From a virus, in the IMG/VR virus record IMGVR_UViG_2751185817_000001: 64,000 nt of DNA; one strand, written 5' to 3'. Every line of letters begins with the position of its first letter. The stretch's first letter is position 1. Shown one piece after another: positions 55,558 through 63,149 of the stretch. A program made the translations under genes and the position numbers. The notes under the pieces were generated by a model that saw only the letters and a program-made list of their open reading frames with translations, ran no database searches and had not been told where the DNA came from.

Positions 55558-56253
55558 ATGGCGAAGCAGTCCACCAACGCACCGGCCGGCAAGCAGTCCA
55601 ACACGAACGAGGCCGCCTACATATTCACGGACGCACTCAAGGCACACGGCGACGACGAGGCGAAAGTCTTTGCTCTGAAGATCGGTGCCGCCTTCGATGA
55701 GCGCGTCCAGTTCGAGATCAGCCGCAAGGCAAGCGGCTCGGCCGACATGCCGAAGGTGAAGAAGCTCAACAGCTACCGTGGCAAACTGGCGCTGCCGAGC
55801 ATGGCGAAAGTGCTGATGGAGCTCAAGATCTCCGAGATGTTCATCAACACGCGCCAGGGCAAGGAGACGGACGGCGATCGCTTCAACATCTACGCCATCG
55901 ACAAGGTGATCGACTTCGTCCGGGCGCTCGCCGGACAGCAGAAGCTCTCCAACGCGCACAACGTCGCCATTGCGAAGTCCATGCTGATCTTCGAGGAGAA
56001 CGGCAAGACATTCACCGGCGAGATGGCGATGTGTGCCGCGTCCGACAAGATCCGCAGCCAGAACCCGGATGCAAAGCTCTTGCGGCGCCACAACGTCGAC
56101 AAGTCCACTGCCGGCACGCAGGCATCATCCACGCTCAATGCACTGATGGCGCTCGGCCTGGTGAAGAACACCGGCACGAAGCGTGCTGCGACCTACGTCT
56201 TTGCCAACACCAACCAGGCGAAAGCCTTCAAGGAGCTGCTGCAGGCTGTCTGA
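55558..56253 (+). CDS. putative winged-helix DNA-binding protein
   Basis: AGGAG RBS; C-terminal STAGTQASSTLNALMALGLVK helix-wing pattern. Confidence 0.7.
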   Translation: MAKQSTNAPAGKQSNTNEAAYIFTDALKAHGDDEAKVFALKIGAAFDERVQFEISRKASGSADMPKVKKLNSYRGKLALPSMAKVLMELKISEMFINTRQGKETDGDRFNIYAIDKVIDFVRALAGQQKLSNAHNVAIAKSMLIFEENGKTFTGEMAMCAASDKIRSQNPDAKLLRRHNVDKSTAGTQASSTLNALMALGLVKNTGTKRAATYVFANTNQAKAFKELLQAV

Positions 56254-56278
56254 GGAGCAGCGCACCAGGTAAGGCGAG

Positions 56279-56306
56279 AGGGCGGAGTTTAGGCTCCGCT
56301 CTTTCA
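56279..56306 (+). terminator. intrinsic terminator
   Basis: AGGGCGGAG/CTCCGCTCT stem with TTT. Confidence 0.65.
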
Positions 56307-56563
56307 TTTGGGTGTGGGCTGTCCATGGGGAACCAAGGCGAGTGCAGGTGAAGGTTGGGGAACCGGTGGGGTCCAAGGGACCGGGCGACCGTGAAACCAT
56401 GGCGTTCCTGTCCGCACCATGGCAAATCCATGGACCGGTCCGTCCTCCTTCAGGCCATGGCGGGTCCACGCTTCGCCAGGCCGGTGTGCATGCCAGTCAA
56501 TTCCTATTGATCGCCGTAGCGAAATCGCTAAATTGCTATTTATCGAAACAGCGAGAGACGCAC

Positions 56564-56908
56564 ATGACGATCATAGCCTACGCAGACGCCACAAAGATCA
56601 CGCTCGAGGAAGAGGCAGCTCGCTGGCGCGCATTTGAGGCGTGCACTGAAGATGGTGAGCACGTGACGGATCTCGCCGCGCTCGAGGCACTGATCCGCGG
56701 ACAGAGCGTTGTCATGGAGAAGGTGGCGCAAGTCAGTCACGGAGGTCTTCCTTACGTGGAGTTGCTCGGCATCACGCCTGTCGACAGTCCAAACAAAGCC
56801 TTCCTCTGGATCTCGCTGTGCAAAGGCGTCGATTGGATGGAGTGCTGCATGGCGCAAGAGTTCGGCGCCGCGGACTTCCTGGATCAGCAGACTTACAATG
56901 CCAGATAG
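56564..56908 (+). CDS. hypothetical protein
   Basis: ATG 56564 after TAGCG motif and GCTATT. Confidence 0.65.
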   Translation: MTIIAYADATKITLEEEAARWRAFEACTEDGEHVTDLAALEALIRGQSVVMEKVAQVSHGGLPYVELLGITPVDSPNKAFLWISLCKGVDWMECCMAQEFGAADFLDQQTYNAR

Positions 56909-56977
56909 CGCCAGATTGCGCGATTTCGCTAAATCGCTAAACTCGAAAGCGTCAACAACGAACGAAGCGAGTTCAAC

Positions 56978-57154
56978 ATGCACACCATCATTCCGGCGCC
57001 GACGACCGTCATTCGCATCAAAGAGATGACGCCGCGGCAGTCACACCTGGCGCAGCAGACGCTAGCGCTCGCCAAAGACACGTGCGCCTTCATTGCGATG
57101 ATCGTCTTCGTCTGCGCCGTCATCGCGCTCTGCATCATGATCAAGACCAGCTAG
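56978..57154 (+). CDS. 58-aa membrane peptide (below ORF-track cutoff)
   Basis: MHTIIPAP...CAFIAMIVFVCAVIALCIMIKTS; followed by a terminator. Confidence 0.55.
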   Translation: MHTIIPAPTTVIRIKEMTPRQSHLAQQTLALAKDTCAFIAMIVFVCAVIALCIMIKTS

Positions 57155-57170
57155 CAAAGGAGGATCTCGA

Positions 57171-57200
57171 ACGAGCCGGCGCGTCGTGCGCCGGCTTTTT
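57171..57200 (+). terminator. intrinsic terminator
   Basis: AGCCGGCGC/GCGCCGGCT stem with TTTTT. Confidence 0.8.
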
Positions 57201-57450
57201 CGTGTGCGCTTGCGATCCATGGCGCCCCTCGGCGCCCCTCGTCTACAATTTTAGGAACCGAGGCGAATGACGCCATATAGTGCCATCCTCCGGCGAGTCC
57301 CTCAGCGCGCCTCCTGACGTTCGCCTGTTAGCATCTGCTACATCACGTCGCACTACATTAGTGCACGCTTACACAGTGCGCACTGCATTAGCAGACACGC
57401 AAAAGCGCGCTATCTCTAGCGCGCTCATATTAGCGATTTAGCGATTTCTT

Positions 57451-57657
57451 CTATTCGCTATAGCTTTCGTTCTGACGCATATTCAGCATTTCGAATATGT
57501 CGCTTTGCTGATAATCGAAGCGACGATCTAGCAGCTCAAAATGAGCACTCTCTAATACGCGCTTCGCTTCGCGTCGTTTCTGTCTGTCACGCATTTCGCG
57601 CTGTGTGAGTGATACGCGCATAGTCGAGTAACTCTTGCTCATGTCTCTAGCTTTCAC
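57451..57657 (-). CDS. small basic protein with no Gly/Pro/Trp
   Basis: 68-aa ORF coupled to upstream ORF inside the island. Confidence 0.6.
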   Translation of the reverse strand: MKARDMSKSYSTMRVSLTQREMRDRQKRREAKRVLESAHFELLDRRFDYQQSDIFEMLNMRQNESYSE

Positions 57658-57848
57658 TTGTAACGTGCTACAAATCGACGACGTTCGTCTCTGACGCGCT
57701 TCGAGCGCATGCGCTTAGTCTGACGCTCACGCAAAGCGCGCTGCAGTGAGCGATTAGCGTCGCGCGAATTTGTGAGTGCTGCATACATGCGAAGAATGAA
57801 AATAAGCATCGTCTTAAACTCTCGTCTGTTGATACTGCTAGCGCGCAA
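57654..57848 (-). CDS. small Arg-rich protein with no Gly/Pro/Trp
   Basis: 64-aa ORF downstream of operator at 57863; true start may be the internal ATG (MLIFIL). Confidence 0.55.
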   Translation of the reverse strand: MRASSINRREFKTMLIFILRMYAALTNSRDANRSLQRALRERQTKRMRSKRVRDERRRFVARYK

Positions 57849-57862
57849 GATACGCGCTAGCT

Positions 57863-57882
57863 AAATCAATGTTGATTGACTG
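57863..57882 (-). promoter_or_regulatory. operator-like motif inside the CC/GG-free island
   Basis: Minus strand cagtcaatcaacattgattt. Confidence 0.7.
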
Positions 57883-57884
57883 TA

Positions 57885-58466
57885 TTACGCAGTCAAACGC
57901 GCTTCGATTTTCTGCATGATCTCGTTATCGTTGACAGTATACTTGTCTTTTGAAACAGACTTCAAAAGATTGAGTGCAACAAGAGCACGCATATTCATAG
58001 ATGCGTGACGCTTTGCAGATGAGAAGACGTCTTTGCGACGAAAATACAAGTGTTGACGCTCTTTCGCGACTTTAATATTCTTGTCGAGCGCGATTTCAAT
58101 GTCGCTTGCGCTGAATTGTTCGTTCGCTTTCTTGAAATTAACGAGCGTGCGCAACGTTTCTTCAACGTTTGACTTCAGCTTGTCGACGTTGCGTCGATCG
58201 ACTGCAAATTCGAGAATATGAGCGCAATTCTCAAGTGCTTTCATGCAAAACGCGCTGTTAGCTTGAACACTGTCTTGCGCGAAGTCTGTCTTTACTTCAC
58301 ATTTCTTCAGCATTTCAGCAACTGCGTCTTGCTTGACAACAAGAGCGCACTTAGCAATGAAGTTTAACGAGTTAGTAGACTTCTCGTTCTTCAGTTCTGC
58401 GTCGTAGCGTGCAGAGAGAGAAAGAGCGTAAGCGTTGATTACTACTTCAGTCATAACGTGTCTCAC
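57885..58466 (-). CDS. putative winged-helix DNA-binding protein with no Gly/Pro/Trp; resembles 55558
   Basis: 193-aa ORF; colinear similarity to the 55558 protein by eye. Confidence 0.75.
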   Translation of the reverse strand: MRHVMTEVVINAYALSLSARYDAELKNEKSTNSLNFIAKCALVVKQDAVAEMLKKCEVKTDFAQDSVQANSAFCMKALENCAHILEFAVDRRNVDKLKSNVEETLRTLVNFKKANEQFSASDIEIALDKNIKVAKERQHLYFRRKDVFSSAKRHASMNMRALVALNLLKSVSKDKYTVNDNEIMQKIEARLTA

Positions 58467-58913
58467 TTTCGTTTAGTTGTTTCGTTGTCGTTGTTGACAT
58501 GATCACTAAACACTAGTTCGAAACGTCTGACAATAGCTAAATCGCTAAATCGCGAATTATTTTTGAGCAATGCATAAGTCATTGCTGATTTGCTCATAGC
58601 AGCACGTAGAGCGTCACTGACACGCATAGACGCGTTTGCGCTGTCACTTAAGCGCGCATGTCATGCGATCGATCCCTCGTCGATCTGTGAGCGACTGTGA
58701 GCGTGTTTCGATTGAGAGAAGCGAAGTCTTAGAAAATTTGACGTAGTGCGAACATGATGCCCACTGCTGCCCGAGCAATTCCCGGCCTGGACTACCTCTC
58801 CTCGTGCCTCACCGGGACGGACAAGTTGACCTGGGTAGTTCCCGTTCCCGGCGCCCCCTCTCCCCTGCCCCGCAGCCCGGATTCCCTTGCTCAAAACTAC
58901 CCATCCCAACGGT

Positions 58914-58933
58914 AAATCAATATTGACTGACTG
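58914..58933 (+). promoter_or_regulatory. operator-like motif
   Basis: aaatcaatattgactgactg. Confidence 0.7.
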
Positions 58934-58985
58934 TGCCGAGCCGGATAGTGTGCTGGCATTCCAACAAATCCAAGGATCCAAGTTC

Positions 58986-59732
58986 ATGCAGATCAATTTC
59001 CCCGAGCGCGGCGAAGTTCTTTACGCACGCGGCTCTGACGAGCGCGTGCGTTTCATCACCGCGCCGCTTCAGGCTGAGTTCGCGCTTGCAGCAGGACCGC
59101 TCGCGATCTCGATCGGTCAGCCCTACGCGTTGCGCGACCAAGGTGGCACCGAGCTCCTCTACCGTCTGCATGAGGTCTATCTGCCGTGCGACGCTCCTGC
59201 TCGTGGACGGGGCGAACTGATCAGCATCAGCCATTTCGAGCCGAACGTCATCTCGACTGTCGAACACGACGCCAAGATCTCCGTTGCCATCGACACCGCC
59301 TTCGAGGCTGGTCGTCAGGTTGCCGCACAGGAAGCTGATGAGGCTGAAGTGGAGCGGATCGAGGCTCTGGCTGACGCCATTGACTACTTCGACGAGCCTG
59401 CCGACGTGGTCATCACCTTCGCCGACGGTGACGAGTTCATCATCGAGGGCGCTCTGGGCGTGATCGAGGAAGACGGCAATCTCGCTGTCATCAACGCAGA
59501 CGACCAGTTCGTCGGTATCAACCCCTCCTGGCGCGGCTTTACCGTAGCAGAGATCGCCGAGGACGATGACGTCGAGTTGTGCCCGGTCGAAGAGGCCGTT
59601 GCTACTGCTGATGACAGCGCTGCCAAGGGTGAAGCCGCTGACTGCGATTGCGGCGTCTGTGAAGCTGCCCGCGAAGACGTGAGCCCGACTGCCGGCTTCG
59701 TGCCGACGCATCTCGTCTTCATGGTTCGTTAA
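58986..59732 (+). CDS. acidic hypothetical protein
   Basis: ATG 58986 after operator at 58914. Confidence 0.7.
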   Translation: MQINFPERGEVLYARGSDERVRFITAPLQAEFALAAGPLAISIGQPYALRDQGGTELLYRLHEVYLPCDAPARGRGELISISHFEPNVISTVEHDAKISVAIDTAFEAGRQVAAQEADEAEVERIEALADAIDYFDEPADVVITFADGDEFIIEGALGVIEEDGNLAVINADDQFVGINPSWRGFTVAEIAEDDDVELCPVEEAVATADDSAAKGEAADCDCGVCEAAREDVSPTAGFVPTHLVFMVR

Positions 59733-59764
59733 GTCGCGAAATCGCTAAAGCAAGGTATCGCTAA

Positions 59765-60223
59765 ATGTCAAACAAGACCTATCCCTACGGCCTTCCCCTG
59801 GAAGGCATACCACTGGCCGGCGCGATCGGCGAGCTCAAGGCGGAGAAGATTCCGGCAGGTTCCATCCTGCCGGGCGTCGCTCCCCTGCCCGAGACCCACT
59901 GGACGGCGCTAACCGACGGCGCCGGCACGACTACTCTCACCATCGATCCGTCCAAGCTTGTCGCGCACAGGATCCAAGGGCTGCCCGTCGCCGGCTATGA
60001 GCCGGAGGTCGACGCCTGGAAGGTTGAGATGGTCAACGAGAACAAGATCCTCGAAGAGCGGGTTCTGCGTCGCGTCGATGAGCACGTTCGTAACCGCGAC
60101 AGCCAGGAGATCGACCAGGCCTCGGTGCAGATCGCCCGTCGGCACGTCGAGGATGCTTTCTATCGCCTCAACCGAGCCATTATGCATCCCAAGCGCATCG
60201 CTCTGCCGGAGGACGCAGCATGA
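59765..60223 (+). CDS. Acb2/Tad1-like hairpin protein (putative signalling-nucleotide sponge) with N-terminal extension
   Basis: GLPVAGY...VNENKILEERVLR...QIARRHVEDAFYRLNRAIMHPKR two-helix pattern like Acb2 (IKGYRDL...N..K...[21 protein letters not shown]). Confidence 0.6.
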   Translation: MSNKTYPYGLPLEGIPLAGAIGELKAEKIPAGSILPGVAPLPETHWTALTDGAGTTTLTIDPSKLVAHRIQGLPVAGYEPEVDAWKVEMVNENKILEERVLRRVDEHVRNRDSQEIDQASVQIARRHVEDAFYRLNRAIMHPKRIALPEDAA

Positions 60224-60792
60224 GCGTCGTCGTCTATCACCGCGGTCAGATGGCCGCTGACACGCGCGCCTATAGCGGCAATTCGCACCCGGCCGGCAAC
60301 AAGATGAAGATCCATCGTCTGAATGACGGCTCTCTGGTCGGCATCGTGTCGAACCAGATCGGCACGCCGGAGGCTTTCGTCGAATGGCTGAACTCTGGCG
60401 CATCGCGTGATGATCTCATGCCCAGCGATCCATCCTTCTCGGCGATCCAGGTCAAGGCGGATGGATCGGTCTATCTCTACGACGATGGCTACACACCGGC
60501 TGGGCCGCTCGTTGGCGAGACCTTCACGATCGGTTCTGGTCGCAAGTATGCCCTCGGCGCAATCAAGATGGGCGCAACGATCATCCAGGCGGTCGAGGTG
60601 GCGATTGAGCTCGACGTCTGGTGTGGCGGGCCGGTCGCCGCGCTTGCGCTCCACGAGCAAGCTGTGGCCGACGGCGACGCGATGGATGGCGAGCACGCTT
60701 CTCCCGCGTTCGACCCTTCGGGCTTCTCCACGAGCGCTGTCATGACCAACGAGCCCGCCCCGAACGAGCCGCGCGCTCCCGAAACCGTCTGA
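60220..60792 (+). CDS. HslV/proteasome-beta-like Ntn peptidase
   Basis: MSVVV...MAADTR...KIHRL...IGSG..YALGA...AVEVAIELDVWCGG. Confidence 0.7.
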   Translation: MSVVVYHRGQMAADTRAYSGNSHPAGNKMKIHRLNDGSLVGIVSNQIGTPEAFVEWLNSGASRDDLMPSDPSFSAIQVKADGSVYLYDDGYTPAGPLVGETFTIGSGRKYALGAIKMGATIIQAVEVAIELDVWCGGPVAALALHEQAVADGDAMDGEHASPAFDPSGFSTSAVMTNEPAPNEPRAPETV

Positions 60793-60799
60793 GGATCAC

Positions 60800-61030
60800 A
60801 TGAAAGCTTTTATGTTCGGCTTCAAGGAAGGCATCCACCTGTTCTTCCGCTTCGTGCGCCATGTCGTCGCCTTCCTTCTGCGCCTGGTCGTCTTCCTGCT
60901 TTGCGTCGGTGCTGCAGCCGTCATCGCCGCGGGTTTCTTTTCGATCGGTATTCCGCTGCTTCTGCTGGTCGCGCTTGCCTTCGGACTCTCGACGCTCGGC
61001 TCGCGTATCGATCCGCGGCGCCGCATTTAG
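60800..61030 (+). CDS. membrane protein
   Basis: GAGG RBS; two hydrophobic segments. Confidence 0.6.
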   Translation: MKAFMFGFKEGIHLFFRFVRHVVAFLLRLVVFLLCVGAAAVIAAGFFSIGIPLLLLVALAFGLSTLGSRIDPRRRI

Positions 61031-61043
61031 CGATATCGCTAAA
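61026..61043. promoter_or_regulatory. perfect palindromic copy of second motif (TAGCGA/TCGCTAAA)
   Basis: TTTAGCGATATCGCTAAA, next to the partition operon. Confidence 0.7.
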
Positions 61044-61055
61044 GCACGAAATAGG

Positions 61056-61083
61056 GAAAGGGCGGTTTAGAGCCGCCCTTTTC
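61056..61083. terminator. bidirectional terminator
   Basis: AAAGGGCGG/CCGCCCTTTT between convergent genes. Confidence 0.8.
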
Positions 61084-61084
61084 G

Positions 61085-61393
61085 TTATCTCGGTGCCTGT
61101 CTCGACTGGATCCAAGCGTGGAAGGCCTCCTCGAGCAGATCCTTCATCGATAAGCCGGCTGCCGCGGCTGTCATCTTGAACCGGGCGTGAAACTCCGGAT
61201 CGACCTTGAAATTCAGGTCGCGCAGAGTCTTTTCATCCATGTTGTTGGCAGTAAACGTCGGTTGCTCAGTCAGCGCGCCCAGGAATTTCATGGCCTGTGG
61301 CTTTTTGCGCACTGCTGCCTTGGTCGGCGCGCCGGTTGCCTTAGCCGGTTCTGCGGCTGTCTCTACGGCATTCGTGGTTTCTGGCTCTTTCAT
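61085..61393 (-). CDS. ParG-like ribbon-helix-helix partition protein
   Basis: Flexible N-terminus then LNFKVDPEFHARFKMTAAAAGLSMKDLLEEAFHAW; coupled to parA. Confidence 0.8.
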   Translation of the reverse strand: MKEPETTNAVETAAEPAKATGAPTKAAVRKKPQAMKFLGALTEQPTFTANNMDEKTLRDLNFKVDPEFHARFKMTAAAAGLSMKDLLEEAFHAWIQSRQAPR

Positions 61394-62034
61394 GCTGCTT
61401 CCTCAGACAAGGCGTTGAGCTTGTCGACGATCTCGGCCGCAAGCGTGTCGGCGCGGTCGTTGAGCGTCGGGTATTTTGTCTCGGCGATCGACAGGCCGAT
61501 ATTCTGCGCCATCTGGTAGCCGGTCTTGGTCGCAAGATCCGTCTCGGCCACCTGGAAGCCCTGGGTGCGCAGGAACGCCATTGCTTCGCGGGTCGCTACC
61601 TCGCTCTCGGTCGTCTTATTGAGAACGAAGAGGATCTTGTTACGTGCCACGCCTTTGACGATCAGCTCGTTGCCGAAGCCAGCCTGCGGCTTCAGATCGT
61701 CAACGGTCAGACCGGTCGGTATAACCACGAGATCGGCTATTCTGGCAGCCTCGAGGGAAGCCTGGTCAGAATCAGGCGCTCCGTCGATCACCAGGAGGTC
61801 GTAGGGCTCGCTCTTGAGCTTCTTGACCGAGGACATGGGCTGCGCGTCGATCGCCGGCTCTATGCCGTTCTGCATGCGCAGAGCGACCCAATCGACTGAT
61901 GTGAGCTGCCGGGTGTTGAAGTCGCAGATCTTCACCGACCAATCGACCGAAGCGAAAGTGCGCGCCAGAAGCCGGGCTAACGTCGATTTTCCGACGCCGC
62001 CTTTCTGGGACAGACATGCGATGATGGTGCTCAT
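61390..62034 (-). CDS. parA: ParA partition ATPase (short type Ib)
   Basis: SQKGGVGKSTLA, ICDFN, LLVIDGAP, ADLVVIP, ILFVLNK. Confidence 0.92.
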   Translation of the reverse strand: MSTIIACLSQKGGVGKSTLARLLARTFASVDWSVKICDFNTRQLTSVDWVALRMQNGIEPAIDAQPMSSVKKLKSEPYDLLVIDGAPDSDQASLEAARIADLVVIPTGLTVDDLKPQAGFGNELIVKGVARNKILFVLNKTTESEVATREAMAFLRTQGFQVAETDLATKTGYQMAQNIGLSIAETKYPTLNDRADTLAAEIVDKLNALSEEAA

Positions 62035-62223
62035 TCGCGAAACCTCTATCTCGTTAATTCGCTAAATCGTTAGCGCCTAATGGTTAACGAAATTTTACGA
62101 GTCGGGGAAGAGGGAGGCGACGCGGCCCATTTGCGTCAACAACGAACCGACACAACCTAACGGAAGCGATTTCTAGGGCCGCGCCAGACCCGTAGATAGG
62201 CCTTCGGCGCGACCAGGGCAAGA

Positions 62224-62574
62224 TCAGCCGGGAATGAACTCTGGCTTATCGAAGAGATATTCGTATTGGTCGATATCCGTGATGCTGACCATCGGCCAGG
62301 AGACGCGAACGGCATCCTGGTGCGCCTCATGCTCGACGAGACAATGGTTCAGATCGACGCCGAACATGTGCTTTACGTGCTGCTCGAGCGTCCAGCCGCT
62401 CTTCATGAGATCGACCTTGTTGACCACGTTGCTGCGGCGATTTAGCGAAAAGAAGATTTCGCGAATGGTGCCACCGATGGTTTCGATCTCCGTGAACACG
62501 AGATGCTGGCGCTGACTGGAAGGGCTGATGTTCAGCCAGCCCTTCCTTTTGCTGTGAAACCAGACCTCGATCAC
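62224..62574 (-). CDS. hypothetical protein
   Basis: GTGA overlap with upstream kinase gene. Confidence 0.65.
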   Translation of the reverse strand: MIEVWFHSKRKGWLNISPSSQRQHLVFTEIETIGGTIREIFFSLNRRSNVVNKVDLMKSGWTLEQHVKHMFGVDLNHCLVEHEAHQDAVRVSWPMVSITDIDQYEYLFDKPEFIPG

Positions 62575-63134
62575 CGCGGCGACCCAATGATCTCAACGAT
62601 CTTCGCGGTCAGGTCGAGACGAGCGACTTCCGGGCTCAGACCTCGCGCCAGGCCGTCGTTGAGGATCTGATGATGGCAGTAGGCGTTGTTGAAGGTGTCG
62701 AACTCGAACTTGGACGGGCCGGCGAGGGGATTGACGATCTCCACGACGAGTGCGCCCTGGTCGCGCCAGTATTTGCCCTGCTCACGGCGCACTGAGCCGA
62801 AAACGGACCACGCGCTCTTCGGCCGGGCGTTGTGACTCATGATCGGGATGATGTCGCCACCGAACTTTTCCTCGAAAGCATTGCCGATCTCGCCGAGAAT
62901 CTCGCGGACCTGCCAGTCGCGGCCGTTGATGGTGACGGTCTCGAGCTTGCCTTCCTGAGTGAAGACCTGGTTCGGCGTCAGGCCGAGATAGTCCATGGCG
63001 ATTTTGCGAAGGGGAAGACCGTCGTCAGCGAGCTCGTGGCCGTAAAGCTCATTGATGATTTCGGCTGCGGTCGATTTGCCGGAAGTCGGGTTGCCACAAA
63101 GGGCGATAATTTGGGGAAGAGATTGAAGATTCAT
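62571..63134 (-). CDS. dNMP kinase (T4 gp1-like)
   Basis: IIALCGNPTSGKSTAA, LPLRKIA, REILGEIG, SVRREQ, VVEIV. Confidence 0.75.
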   Translation of the reverse strand: MNLQSLPQIIALCGNPTSGKSTAAEIINELYGHELADDGLPLRKIAMDYLGLTPNQVFTQEGKLETVTINGRDWQVREILGEIGNAFEEKFGGDIIPIMSHNARPKSAWSVFGSVRREQGKYWRDQGALVVEIVNPLAGPSKFEFDTFNNAYCHHQILNDGLARGLSPEVARLDLTAKIVEIIGSPR

Positions 63135-63149
63135 GCAGCTACTCCTGTG

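Larger units (their letters stand above)
57326..58673. other. CC/GG-dinucleotide-free island
   Basis: Manual base-by-base scan: last CC at 57324-25, next CC at 58674-75, no GG in between. Confidence 0.93.

Noticed and set aside
54665-55678. ORFs called in the non-coding region (54665, 54842, 54897, 55028, 55104, 55442)
   Set aside because: No RBSs; low-complexity translations that reflect strand skew; they overlap one another in conflicting frames.
57326-58673. Island as a contaminant or assembly artefact
   Set aside because: It holds intact coupled ORFs, one copy of the phage operator, two TAGCG motifs and an apparent paralogue of 55558. Read mapping is still needed to exclude this fully.
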